Source of the DNA: Candidatus Hermodarchaeota archaeon
GTDB lineage: Archaea; Asgardarchaeota; Hermodarchaeia; Hermodarchaeales; Hermodarchaeaceae
Length of the DNA: 57,052 nt
NCBI GenBank assembly: GCA_016839365.1
Contig: JAEOUH010000033.1
Coordinates: 1-57,052, forward strand
Direction: 5' to 3'
A model generated the notes under the pieces. It searched no databases. It saw only the letters and a program-made list of their open reading frames with translations, and had not been told where the DNA came from. The number at the start of each line of letters is the position of its first letter. Within the stretch, counting starts at the first letter, position 1. The position numbers and the translations under genes are program-made. Of this stretch, positions 1 to 9,769 are shown in pieces.

Positions 1-2
1 GT

Positions 3-461
3 CTTCCAGCAGCAGGGCCAGTCGCCCTTGGAATCATCTTCGGTTTAGTCTTGGGGAAACAAATCGGAATCACACTATTTTCATGGTTGAGTGTTCGGTT
101 TCGAATTGTTAAAATGCCCAAAGATGTATCCTGGCGGCAGATACATGGAGTCAGTTGTCTTGCGGGAATGGGATTTACAATGTCCCTATTCATGGCAGAC
201 TTAACCTTCAGTGGAATGCCATTACTCGATGTCTCCAAAATTGCCATTCTTTGCGCTTCATTAATTGCAGGGCTTTTTGGTTTCTTCCTTTTAGGAGGAG
301 CTAGAATACTTACAAAATTACAAAAAGAAATTTTGAAAGGCATACAAGGGAAGATGAAATCAACTGGAGAAGCTAAGCACCCTATCACTGATATTCAGGT
401 TCTTCTTCATAGTTTCATTTGTTCTCACGCAAATATATCGCGTTCAGAATGTCATCCATGA
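3..461 (+). CDS. nhaA: Na+/H+ antiporter NhaA, C-terminal part (5'-truncated by window edge)
   Basis: Open frame from nt 3 reads PVALGIIFGLVLGKQIGI ... LAGMGFTMSLFMA ... SKIAILCASLIAG, matching NhaA motifs (GKxxGI, GIGFTMSLFI). The 3' tail overlaps the convergent gene. Confidence 0.85.
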   Translation, partial: LPAAGPVALGIIFGLVLGKQIGITLFSWLSVRFRIVKMPKDVSWRQIHGVSCLAGMGFTMSLFMADLTFSGMPLLDVSKIAILCASLIAGLFGFFLLGGARILTKLQKEILKGIQGKMKSTGEAKHPITDIQVLLHSFICSHANISRSECHP

Positions 462-1308
462 ATGCAGGTTTATACTCAAGGATTTTTCTTGCTTTGTCAG
501 AATAAAGGACAAAATTATACGTAAAGGAAAATTGATCTACCTCAGTGATTTCGTATTGAGGGCGAAATTCTAGCTTTTTTTCCCAGCGATCACAGACTCG
601 ATTAAAACTCGCCCGTAATTTCTGTAAATCTTGAGTGGTATGAAATGCCATTGAAAACACATACCGTACTACTTTCTCGTATTTGATGGCTTTACGGAGT
701 GTTTTGATTCGCGATTTTTCAGTTTGCTCTACTTGTTCCAACAGACTTTCCAGTTTTTGTTTTTCATACATGAAATTCGTAACATCCAAATCAAGAACTG
801 CATTATTCGGTACAAGCTTATCTGAACCATCGGGCTGTAGCAATTTCGTGTAGTTCATACTGATTTCTTTAACCACCCCTTCTATATTCCCAATGCGAAC
901 ATAATCCTCGACATGGAATGGCCTGGAAAAGATTACATACAATCCTGACACAAAATTCTTCACTGCTTGACCAATGGACAAACCGATTGCAGCACCAATA
1001 ATCAAGGAACTTGCTCCAAGTATAGCCGTGATGTAGGAAAAGATATCAGGTAGGGCAACGACAAAAAGAATAATACCAATGTAAAGAAGACCAAAGCCAA
1101 CTGCTAGATTCAACCCATTTATGGCATCAGGAGGTACTCCAGCTTTTCTTGCTCTTCGCTTCAGATATCGGCGAATCACCCCATAAGCAACAATTAAAAT
1201 CGCCCACCCGATAATGAGGCCGATTATTTGTAAAATTCGCAATCCCCCGCTTTCTAACCATACGGTGAATGCTTCAAGAAACGCGGCTAGTGGATCAGTC
1301 GGCTGCAA
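415..1308 (-). CDS. Small-conductance mechanosensitive channel (MscS family)
   Basis: Three N-terminal hydrophobic segments, then GLSIGQAVKNFVSGLYVIFSRPFHVEDYVRIG..EGVVKEI...T...VPN, the MscS core. Confidence 0.85.
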   Translation of the reverse strand: MQPTDPLAAFLEAFTVWLESGGLRILQIIGLIIGWAILIVAYGVIRRYLKRRARKAGVPPDAINGLNLAVGFGLLYIGIILFVVALPDIFSYITAILGASSLIIGAAIGLSIGQAVKNFVSGLYVIFSRPFHVEDYVRIGNIEGVVKEISMNYTKLLQPDGSDKLVPNNAVLDLDVTNFMYEKQKLESLLEQVEQTEKSRIKTLRKAIKYEKVVRYVFSMAFHTTQDLQKLRASFNRVCDRWEKKLEFRPQYEITEVDQFSFTYNFVLYSDKARKILEYKPAFMDDILNAIYLRENK

Positions 1309-1483
1309 TATATTACACCTTCATACGAGATTATGGAAAGATGAGCAAATGCTCTTTCATTTGTTTCATGGACTCTCATTTATTTGTAGTTTGGTTTTCA
1401 GTGATATGAGTTCAAATGCTACTTATTTGAATCCAAATAGCCCCAGCGTTACCCTACCAACACCAGCAACCAATACTGAATAT

Positions 1484-2005
1484 TCAATCGGTTATTGAAA
1501 ATTCCCAAGCACACCACCATTCCTCGGGATGTGCGTCTGGTGGACAACCTAGACACCGAGTTGCTATTCGTGGATCGATTGCTTTCGCAAATTCAGTGTA
1601 TTCAACCAAACCTACGCCCTTGCACGGAAAATCAGGTAAACCCTTGCGTTTTCGTGCATCCTGGACACGGCATTTTTCCATCCGAAAAATGAAGCGAGCC
1701 GGGTCGATCTCCTCAATGGAATGCTTGTTTAGTCGTGCATATACCCGGAACTGCAGTGCTTGTTTCAATCCTTCCAATCCCGAATTTGGTGGAATCTCCA
1801 TCACTTTCATAATTCGCTGCGCTTCAACAGGAGAAAAACGCCGCCATGATTCAGTATCAAGTTCGATTGCAGTCTTCATATCAAATTTCTTTTCTGCTGC
1901 AAGAAACCATGTGCCGTCAATAGCTAGCCAGTTCTTAGCAAACATATCAATGATTTTCAGAAGCATTTCTTGGGAGAGTTCTTCAAAGATAATCGGTTTT
2001 GTCAA
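1484..2005 (-). CDS. DUF6125-like conserved protein (V4R/ATC-hydrolase-like fold, Cys motifs)
   Basis: AKNWLAIDGTWF, CRVQDARKRKGLPDFPCK and CLGCPPD..WWCAWEF pattern; family recalled, not searched. Confidence 0.65.
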   Translation of the reverse strand: MTKPIIFEELSQEMLLKIIDMFAKNWLAIDGTWFLAAEKKFDMKTAIELDTESWRRFSPVEAQRIMKVMEIPPNSGLEGLKQALQFRVYARLNKHSIEEIDPARFIFRMEKCRVQDARKRKGLPDFPCKGVGLVEYTEFAKAIDPRIATRCLGCPPDAHPEEWWCAWEFSITD

Positions 2006-2071
2006 AAAAAGTGAGACCTCCGCTCACTCCTTTCGCATGCAGTTATTTTAGTCTAGCTTGGTGGGATGACG

Positions 2072-3034
2072 CTAAAATTCTACAGCGAGATCGAGTTCGC
2101 GGACGAGTTCTTTGTAGCGATTACGCACCGTAACTTCAGTGACATGCGCGACTTCAGCGATTTCCCGTTGGGTGCGTCGTTCCCCTTCCATGATCGCTGA
2201 GATATACAAGGCCGACGCCGCAAGACCAGTGGGATCTTTACCAGTGGTGAAACCTTTACGCTTAGCATCTTCAAGGATTTGAACAGCCCGGCGTTGCACT
2301 CGGCTGCTGAGGCCGAGACTTTGAGCAAACCGTGGAATGAAGTTGGTTGGTTGGGATACAGGCATTCGGACATCGAGGCGACGGAGGAGTAATCGGTAAC
2401 AGCGACCTAATTCCTTACGATTAATTCGACTCTGCAGAGCGATTTCAACAAGGGTACAGGGAGCTTCGCGAAGTCGACAAGCCGCATACATGGCTGCGGC
2501 AATCATGGCATCTATACTTCGACCGCGGATTAGTCGACGTTCTAATGCCCGTCGATACATTACAGCGGCTGTTTCCTTGACTGTGCGAGATACACCAAGT
2601 TGACTGCTAAGTCGGTCCAATTCACTCATAGCACTGGCAAGGTTACGTTCGATGCTAGAGTGGACACGTGAGCGACGTTGCCATTTTCGGAGGCGATAGA
2701 TTTCAGCGCGCCGATTGGAGGTGATTTGGCGACCAGCGGCGTCACGATTCCGCCAGTCGATCATGGTGCTTAAATCATGATCTTGAAGCGCATAGTTAAT
2801 GGGGCTTCCTGTTCGTGCCCGTTTATCTCGTTCCTCACTGGTGAAGGCACGCCATTCCGGCCCAGAATCAATCGTATTGTCATCTAAGACTAAGCCACAG
2901 TTCGCGCACGCGACTTCACCTCGGCTCTCATCACGAATCGCTTGCTTTTCACCACAGTCTGGACATACTCGGTGTTCTTGCGAATCCGCAAATTGCCGAT
3001 GTTTTTCATGGATTGAGGAATTTTCTTCCATCAT
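2072..3034 (-). CDS. tfb: Transcription initiation factor IIB (TFB), paralogue 1
   Basis: Zn ribbon CPDCG..CANCG, B-reader GPEWRAFT, two cyclin repeats, C-terminal QREIAEVAHVTEVTVRNRYKEL. Confidence 0.97.
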   Translation of the reverse strand: MMEENSSIHEKHRQFADSQEHRVCPDCGEKQAIRDESRGEVACANCGLVLDDNTIDSGPEWRAFTSEERDKRARTGSPINYALQDHDLSTMIDWRNRDAAGRQITSNRRAEIYRLRKWQRRSRVHSSIERNLASAMSELDRLSSQLGVSRTVKETAAVMYRRALERRLIRGRSIDAMIAAAMYAACRLREAPCTLVEIALQSRINRKELGRCYRLLLRRLDVRMPVSQPTNFIPRFAQSLGLSSRVQRRAVQILEDAKRKGFTTGKDPTGLAASALYISAIMEGERRTQREIAEVAHVTEVTVRNRYKELVRELDLAVEF

Positions 3035-3198
3035 ACATTCTTCTCCTAATATATGATCAGGGAAGTTTAGGATTCAGACGGTACCTTGCATACAGATTCA
3101 AGATGTTTCAGGATGACCAAGAGGTTCAAAAATGGAACCTGAGATAGCAGGATATGTCGCGGGATAGAGTTAATTTCACCGCGATGCTCATCGATAAC

Positions 3199-3213
3199 CT
3201 TTTAAACTTTCCC
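3199..3213 (-). promoter_or_regulatory. Putative BRE-TATA promoter of tfb paralogue 1
   Basis: Minus strand reads GGGAAAG-TTTAAAAG, a purine-rich BRE followed by an archaeal TATA box. Confidence 0.5.
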
Positions 3214-3319
3214 ATTATTTTACTACTTGAACAAGTATTTAAATGTATGCTTTTTCTTCGTAGTAATCTGTAAGATTCGCCCGTGGACCCAAGAGGCGGT
3301 GTGCAATCTCAATTGCCCA

Positions 3320-4297
3320 TTAGATTTCCACTTGGAGCTGCAAGACCCGAACCATTTCCTTGTAACGATTGCGGACAGTGACTTCAGTAACACGAGCAAC
3401 AGCGGCAATTTCGCGTTGAGTTCGTCGTTCACCCTCTTGAATGGAGGCAATGTAGAGGGTGGCCGCAGCCAGTCCGGTAGGGTCTTTCCCTGCTGTGATA
3501 CCTTTGGCTTTAGCTTTGTTAAGGATATCAATGGCGCGACGTTGCACGCGACTTGACAGTTCCAGGGCTTGAGCAAACCGGGGAACAAAGTCTGATGGTT
3601 GGGAAATTGGGACCCGCATGTCGAGTTTTCGAAGTAACAGCCGATAACAGCGACCAAGCTCCTTGCGATTAATTCGACTATGATGGGCGATTTCATCAAG
3701 GGTTCGGGGAACCTGGCGGAGCCGGCAGCCTGCATAGACACAGGCCGCGATCATCGCTTCGATACTGCGTCCACGAATCAGATGGCGCTCAACGGTGCGC
3801 CGATATAGGATTGCAGATGCTTCTTTCACAGGACGAGGAACGCTGAGCTGGCTTGTGATACGGTCCAACTCGCTCATAGCCCGGGCTAGATTTCGATCAA
3901 TACTAGAATGAACACGTGTACGGATTTGCCATTTGCGGAGCCGATATATTTGAGCCCGAAGACCCGGCGCCAGTTTTCGACCATTAGCGTCACGGTCACG
4001 CCAATCGATAGTGGTGCTAAGTCCCTTATCGTGGCGGGTGAAATCAATGGGTGCCCCAGTACGGGCTCGTCTATCCCTTTCTTCACTGGTGAAGGCACGC
4101 CATTCCGGCCCCTGATCGACCATATGGGAATCAAGGACTAGCCCACAACTTGTGCAGATAACTTCACCACGAATAGGATCGCGAATCACGTCGGAGGTTC
4201 CACAATCGGAGCAATTGACTACTACGGTGTCGGGTGCCTCCCGTTGACGCTGGGAGCGTATGAGTGTGTCAGGCTGGATAGTCTTTGCCATTTGCAA
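3320..4297 (-). CDS. tfb: Transcription initiation factor IIB (TFB), paralogue 2
   Basis: CSDCG..CTSCG Zn ribbon, GPEWRAFT, HDKGLSTTIDW, RLRKWQ, cyclin repeats, TEVTVRNRYKE. Confidence 0.97.
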   Translation of the reverse strand: MQMAKTIQPDTLIRSQRQREAPDTVVVNCSDCGTSDVIRDPIRGEVICTSCGLVLDSHMVDQGPEWRAFTSEERDRRARTGAPIDFTRHDKGLSTTIDWRDRDANGRKLAPGLRAQIYRLRKWQIRTRVHSSIDRNLARAMSELDRITSQLSVPRPVKEASAILYRRTVERHLIRGRSIEAMIAACVYAGCRLRQVPRTLDEIAHHSRINRKELGRCYRLLLRKLDMRVPISQPSDFVPRFAQALELSSRVQRRAIDILNKAKAKGITAGKDPTGLAAATLYIASIQEGERRTQREIAAVARVTEVTVRNRYKEMVRVLQLQVEI

Positions 4298-4486
4298 TCT
4301 ACCAATGAGTTTGATGTTGCGCAGAGATAGGTCTCTCCTACATTATGCGGAAACATCTGAGGGGAGATATTACGATAGGTATTCGAACCAGAGGAGAACT
4401 CTCCATTACTCATGAAAAGGATCCATGGGGAGAGTGAGAGACGGCGTATTAAATCGAGGGCTAATCCCGCGCAAAGTATCGAAACT

Positions 4487-4500
4487 TTTTTAAGGTTACG
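4487..4500 (-). promoter_or_regulatory. Putative BRE-TATA promoter of tfb paralogue 2
   Basis: Minus strand reads CGTAAC-CTTAAAAA. Confidence 0.35.
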
Positions 4501-4609
4501 AGTAGCGTTCGACACTCTCTTATCCTATAAAAATGTTATCCTTTTTATCAGTCCAATCGACTAATTCTTGGATAGCAATTCTCTGGATTACACAATCTAG
4601 CCCAGGTTG

Positions 4610-5506
4610 CTAGAAGGATTTTCCACAGGCATTACAAAACTGTGAACCATGGATGATCGTAGCATTGCAGTGGGGACAGCGGGATTGGCCTTTAGGAACC
4701 TGTTGGCCAGTCCCCTTCAGGTGCTTTGTGACCTTTCCCTTCAGCGATGAGATGGCTTGGGCGCTTGGTGATCCACCTTTGGATGGCGGCGGTGGAGGTG
4801 GGTGAACCTCTTCAACGGGACGGGGTGCTGGCATCGGTGGTGGTGCTTCCATGGGCGTAGGAGGAGCCGGTGGTGGGGGGGGTGCATCGGCACTCTGTGC
4901 AGATAAGTAAGCTGGTGCTGCTTCAACAGCTTGTGCTGGTTGGCTGGTTGGTTCAGCGAATGATGAAACTTCAACGGTGGGTTCGGGAGCGGTGGCCACA
5001 TATAATCCTGGACCACGAGTGAAATGACCGCTAATTCCAGTAATCAGTAATCCAATGAAGCCAATGAACAGAGAGGCCACAAGGAATTGCAGAATAACCG
5101 CTAAAACGGATGTACCGCCGGTCAGGGCACTAAGCAAGGCGGCAATGTCAGAGAAAAACGTCAGAAATGGGATAAACGTGTTTACAAAAATCTGAAACGC
5201 ATCCCAAGCTTGAGAAATTTCGAAAAAGGACAACGGAGGTAGAATTACTCCGATTAGGAGCGTAGAACTCAAAGCGAGAAAGATCATGAGTCCCAAGTAA
5301 ATTAGGAATGAAATCAGTAACAGGTGCAACACACGAATCCGCCCACCGATTCCAACGATTAGACACGCGATAAAGAATCCCAAAGGGATTAACCACATAC
5401 GAATCAAGAGTGAAATTAGAGTAACTCCAGCAAGAAGAGTAAACACGATGACTGAAATTGCCCCACCAATGACAGCTGCAAGACTCCGATCCATTGGAAG
5501 CACCAT
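4610..5506 (-). CDS. Multi-pass membrane protein with Pro-rich cytoplasmic tail and C-terminal zinc ribbon
   Basis: Start placed at ATG 5506 (TATA-like CTTATAAA ~25 nt upstream). About 4-5 hydrophobic helices, poly-Pro tracts and CPHC-x10-CNACG. Confidence 0.75.
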   Translation of the reverse strand: MVLPMDRSLAAVIGGAISVIVFTLLAGVTLISLLIRMWLIPLGFFIACLIVGIGGRIRVLHLLLISFLIYLGLMIFLALSSTLLIGVILPPLSFFEISQAWDAFQIFVNTFIPFLTFFSDIAALLSALTGGTSVLAVILQFLVASLFIGFIGLLITGISGHFTRGPGLYVATAPEPTVEVSSFAEPTSQPAQAVEAAPAYLSAQSADAPPPPPAPPTPMEAPPPMPAPRPVEEVHPPPPPPSKGGSPSAQAISSLKGKVTKHLKGTGQQVPKGQSRCPHCNATIIHGSQFCNACGKSF

Positions 5507-5829
5507 ATTTAGTGTTCCCGAATTTACTTTATAAGGAGATTGTCGTGTTGCGAGGAAATGAAAAACTTTGGAGAGAATCACAATACCTAAATACAAGTAG
5601 GAAGAATGCGCGGGTAATCGATTCGATTGTAATGGAGGTGTAAGCAATATGCCGGTCTCAGTTCGTTTTCTACATTATTCGATTCTTTCTTCGAAGCAGG
5701 CATCATTGCTATCTCCGAAGAGAGGCACTAGCTGAACCCGTTTTTGTGGGATCACATCGGCCAATCTCCATTCCTATAACGTAGTATGGAGAACGGCACA
5801 CTAAAACAAAATCTCGAGTTAGAAAAACA

Positions 5830-6645
5830 GTGCCGAATACACCAGCACCATACATTAGTAAGCGAAGTATCGCGCAGCGTCAAATGAGTAAAGATGATGG
5901 ACAACGAGGACGATTGGAAGATCTTCCTGAAATCACGTTGTCGTCTGTGCGAGCGGAAGCTATCGCAACCCAACTGGCCACCGATGTCCATGGCACAATA
6001 AGTGCCGGTAAAGAAGCGACGGTCTTCTATGCTTTATGGCGTGACTTTCCGCTTGCATTGAAGGTCTATCGTCTTTATGCCACCCCGCACGCAAAAGGGG
6101 GAAAACGTAAGAAAATGGGCGGAGGGAAGATCGGTTTCTCGAAGGACATAATGAGCTATTGGGCAGCCCGTGAATTCTGGATCTTGGACCGGATCTTTCG
6201 AGCTGGGGTCAAGGTTCCCACACCAGCCCGCCACATCGACAATATGTTCACTGCCCGGTTCTTAGGTAATAATGGGTCTGCCGCACCTCTTCTCAAAGAT
6301 GCAGTAATCGAGTACCCTCAGCGGATTTACGATGAGATTATTGAAGGAATCTTTGCACTATACCGAGTATTCATCATCCATGGTGACTTATCCGGATACA
6401 ACATCCTCTATTTCAACCACGAGCCATGGTTCATAGATTTTCCTCAGGCTATCGATTTTGCATCCAGAGTGGGACGACATCGGACGCTCAAGGAAGGACG
6501 GCATATATTACTCAGAGATATTACCAACATTGTCCGGTTCTTCCAACGATATGGAATCTATGCTGATCCCGAAGCCCTTTGTGAAGAATGCATGGAACAG
6601 GTCAGTGAAAGCGACAGCTTTGATCCGAAATCACTTCTTCGCTAA
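5830..6645 (+). CDS. RIO-family atypical Ser/Thr protein kinase
   Basis: ISAGKEATVF (P-loop), ALKVY, WAAREF, IIHGDLSGYNIL, FIDFPQA, RDITNIVRFF. The real start may be ATG 5884. Confidence 0.92.
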   Translation: MPNTPAPYISKRSIAQRQMSKDDGQRGRLEDLPEITLSSVRAEAIATQLATDVHGTISAGKEATVFYALWRDFPLALKVYRLYATPHAKGGKRKKMGGGKIGFSKDIMSYWAAREFWILDRIFRAGVKVPTPARHIDNMFTARFLGNNGSAAPLLKDAVIEYPQRIYDEIIEGIFALYRVFIIHGDLSGYNILYFNHEPWFIDFPQAIDFASRVGRHRTLKEGRHILLRDITNIVRFFQRYGIYADPEALCEECMEQVSESDSFDPKSLLR

Positions 6646-7463
6646 TCAGAAGTAATCAACAACCGATCAGGGTGTGTGTAGATATTCATCCTTGCACCCC
6701 GGACAAAACCAACCAAGGTAATCCCAGCGGCCTCCGCTAATTCAATACCGGATGAGACGCCTGCGCTAATAGAAGCAACATAGGGAATTTGGGCCACCGC
6801 GGCCTTCAACACCAAATCGCCAGTTAACCGTCCTGAACACAATAAAATTGATTCCGAGAGAGCCAGATTATTTTGTAGCGCTTTGCCGATAACCCGATCG
6901 ACTGCATTGTGTCGCCCTACATCTTCAGCTACTTCTTTCAGAGCTCCCTCAGTATCACTTAATGCAGCGCCATGCGTGCCTCCACTTTGCTGATAGATCT
7001 TCATCTCATCACTGAGATTCTGAATCCCCTTGCGAATCACAGACAGAGATAAAACAGGTGCGGATTCGATGGCTGGCACGTCACATGCTCGCCATGTACC
7101 TAATGCTCCTTCTTCAGGACCACAAATACCCATGATAATTCTTGCAGTTGGACGGATGGCATTGAGTTTTTCACGAAACGCACACTCATCGACCAAGTGA
7201 ACTTTAGCTAATCGGTTTTTAACCTGCAACTTCTTAATTTCAAATGGCCCGGCGATTATCCGGGAAGTAAATAGTAACCCGATGATGAGTGATTCATAGT
7301 CTATGGGAATCGTGTGAATGGCTGCAAAGCTCTCTTCCCCCTGTGAATCGATGAGTACGATTCGCAGCACCGATTCATGTGCAACAACATCCTCCATTTC
7401 TTCACACTTAGATTCTTTGCATTTTAGAATTGACACAGAACTGGTTACCTTCAACTCGCTCAA
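6642..7463 (-). CDS. fdhD: Formate dehydrogenase accessory sulfurtransferase FdhD
   Basis: SGGTHGAAL, EDVGRHNAVDRVIG, SGRLTGDLVLKA, ITLVGFVRG.RMNIYTHPDR. Confidence 0.92.
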   Translation of the reverse strand: MSELKVTSSVSILKCKESKCEEMEDVVAHESVLRIVLIDSQGEESFAAIHTIPIDYESLIIGLLFTSRIIAGPFEIKKLQVKNRLAKVHLVDECAFREKLNAIRPTARIIMGICGPEEGALGTWRACDVPAIESAPVLSLSVIRKGIQNLSDEMKIYQQSGGTHGAALSDTEGALKEVAEDVGRHNAVDRVIGKALQNNLALSESILLCSGRLTGDLVLKAAVAQIPYVASISAGVSSGIELAEAAGITLVGFVRGARMNIYTHPDRLLITSD

Positions 7464-7683
7464 CTCTACATGAATGTCGAAGTATTAAGACTCAGATATG
7501 TTTTTTGTGGGGATGACGGTTCAACCGACATTGAGTCTATCAAATAGGTACATGAGAAGATCGATAAAATTGGTTTGGGTGCTTTAGAGTCATTAACAGC
7601 CCATGGTGTAGATGAATATGTTGATATTAGCTCCCTTGTGGTTATAACAATGCAATTGGTTCACCATCTTGCGTTTTAGCGGC

Positions 7684-8127
7684 TTAAACTGGTTGAGTTT
7701 GTATCATTGCGTTATACGTGAAGATCAGGGGAATCAATACCAGGATAAGGATAGCGGTGTTTAGGAGGACATTGATGGTCACTCCAAACCACAGGGAGAT
7801 GCTTGTGTCCAAAAGAAACCAAAAGGCGACACTCACTATAACGCAAATCCAAGCCCACCGTTCACGTCGTCCGAAAGGAAACCAGGCAATGAATAACATA
7901 GTGATTCCCCACCCCATTACTGTGGCTCCCCAAGCGCCATAGACCCAAGCTTGAAAAGCTTGGGCGGGTAGAGCCACTGGATTCGGTCCCCAGAATACGG
8001 GGTTGATTTGGGCATTGAAGAACGCGAACACGATGGTTGTGTTGAGTAATGCCATGATAGCACCAAAGACAATGATGAATATGCTGACAACAAGTAACCA
8101 ATAGCGCCAGATTCGGTAATATGACAT
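7684..8127 (-). CDS. Four-TM hypothetical membrane protein
   Basis: Four hydrophobic segments; WGATVMGWG and WAW..WFLLDT..S motifs. Confidence 0.7.
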   Translation of the reverse strand: MSYYRIWRYWLLVVSIFIIVFGAIMALLNTTIVFAFFNAQINPVFWGPNPVALPAQAFQAWVYGAWGATVMGWGITMLFIAWFPFGRRERWAWICVIVSVAFWFLLDTSISLWFGVTINVLLNTAILILVLIPLIFTYNAMIQTQPV

Positions 8128-8208
8128 ATTGCAAAACCTCTTTTGACCCTATGGTATGTGAGGTGTTATAAGCGTGAATTTGATTGACTTTCTGACAAGT
8201 GATGAGTA

Positions 8209-8928
8209 TTGAGGATTCTAGCTTTAAACAGTAGTCCACGTAAAGAGCGAAGTGGCACTGCTACCATCCTAAATCTCTTTTTAGAAGGTGCAAAGGAAGC
8301 TGGTGCCGATATTGATTTAGTGTACCTCCATGGACGTGAGATAAAACCTTGTTTGGGATGTTTCGTATGCTGGATTAAGACTCCAGGCATCTGCGTTCAG
8401 AAAGATGAGATGGAAGAGTTATTGAGGAAACGTCGGAACGCGGATGCGTTAATCCTTGCCACGCCAGTCTATGTTGATGGGATGACGAGTACACTGAAGG
8501 CAGTTTTGGATCGGTCGATTCCGTTGGTGAAGCCTTTCTTTGAAGTCCGTGATGATCACTGTCGCCATCCACCCCGCTATGATCAAGGACCCGACAAAGT
8601 GGTGTTAGTGTCGGTGTCTGGATTTACGGAGCTGGATAACTTCGACCCTCTGGTTATGCATGTGAAAGCCTTCTGTAAGAACCTAAACGGAGAGTTCGCA
8701 GGAGCCATACTTCGTCCTTTAGGTGCTCAGCTGCCATTATTCAAAAAGATGGGATTGCCAGTACAGGACATCTATGATGCTATTAAGCAGGCTGGCAAAG
8801 AGTTGGTTGAGAACGGAAAGATCAACTCGGTTACGCAAGAAATAATCAGTCGAGAAATCGTTCCTCGCAGTGAATATGTGAAAAGGATTAATGAAGGATT
8901 TCAACAGGCACTGGATGCGAATAAATGA
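8209..8928 (+). CDS. Iron-sulfur flavoprotein / NADPH-dependent FMN reductase (multimeric flavodoxin family)
   Basis: N-terminal ALNSSPRK..T, CLGCFVCW....GICVQKD Cys motif, ATPVY, LKAVLDR. Confidence 0.88.
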   Translation: MRILALNSSPRKERSGTATILNLFLEGAKEAGADIDLVYLHGREIKPCLGCFVCWIKTPGICVQKDEMEELLRKRRNADALILATPVYVDGMTSTLKAVLDRSIPLVKPFFEVRDDHCRHPPRYDQGPDKVVLVSVSGFTELDNFDPLVMHVKAFCKNLNGEFAGAILRPLGAQLPLFKKMGLPVQDIYDAIKQAGKELVENGKINSVTQEIISREIVPRSEYVKRINEGFQQALDANK

Positions 8929-8954
8929 CCTGCACCTTCTCTTCTTTATAGGTC

Positions 8955-9623
8955 CTATTTGTTCTCTTCTTCATCTTTGCGTCGGATTAGAGGAAAGAGC
9001 CGTCCGGCCTGTCTCATATATTTCCGATATTCATCGCCGAATTGTTCAATCATCATTTCTTCTTCCACCCGCATACGAGACGCGACAACGACCAGGCCTA
9101 GAAGAATAATAATCAAAAGTATGAGATTGAGCGTCATTAGGAATAATCCCAAATTGAATATGAAATAGACCAGATACATGGGATGCCGAATGTACTTGTA
9201 TGGGCCGCTGGTTACCAAGTTGTGGCCTTCCTTGATTTCCAGGGTCCCTGAGACCTGTCGGCCTAGATGGATTCCCACCCACATAATTCCAAATATCATC
9301 GTGATACAGATGATGAGGCCGATCCCTTGAATCCATGGCAAATTGATAAGGACGATTTGAGAATAGGGAGGAATGAGGAAGGGAAACAAACTCCAAACTA
9401 GAACGAATACAATCATTGCATAGACTAGGCCAATGCGCAGAATGACCAACCATTTACTTTCATATTTGACCTGCTCTGCCCAACGCTCTTGTCGGGTTCG
9501 TTTCTGTCCAGGAGGACGGGCTTTTCGCCCAAAATATGCACGGACTCCCATAAAGATCAGAAAGAGGAGGAGTAACAACAACCGAAGGAAGAGGTCTTCG
9601 TACATGATAACTCCAATCTCCAA
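8955..9623 (-). CDS. Isoprenylcysteine carboxylmethyltransferase (ICMT/PEMT) family membrane methyltransferase
   Basis: HNLVTSGPYKYIRHPMY and RMRVEEEMM..QFGDEY..Y motifs; multiple TM helices. Confidence 0.88.
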   Translation of the reverse strand: MEIGVIMYEDLFLRLLLLLLFLIFMGVRAYFGRKARPPGQKRTRQERWAEQVKYESKWLVILRIGLVYAMIVFVLVWSLFPFLIPPYSQIVLINLPWIQGIGLIICITMIFGIMWVGIHLGRQVSGTLEIKEGHNLVTSGPYKYIRHPMYLVYFIFNLGLFLMTLNLILLIIILLGLVVVASRMRVEEEMMIEQFGDEYRKYMRQAGRLFPLIRRKDEEENK

Positions 9624-9769
9624 GCCTTGAATTCTAGCGAGGTTCGGGCTCTTAAAGAGTGGCTAACATGCCAGGAAAAGACAATGCAAGTGACATAGGC
9701 GTTAGAGAAAATCACTTAAAGACTTCAACACCAAAGCTGCATTGCAGTTGAGGTTTTGGAAGGAGTATA

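Noticed and set aside
5507-5829. N-terminal extension of the Pro-rich protein to 5647 and short hairpins upstream of the RIO kinase
   Set aside because: A TATA-like box just upstream of ATG 5506 argues against the extension; the 6-7-bp stems are within chance expectation.
8955-9623. ICMT-like gene as evidence of eukaryote-type protein prenylation
   Set aside because: The family is widespread in prokaryotes, and I saw no prenyltransferase or CAAX substrate nearby.
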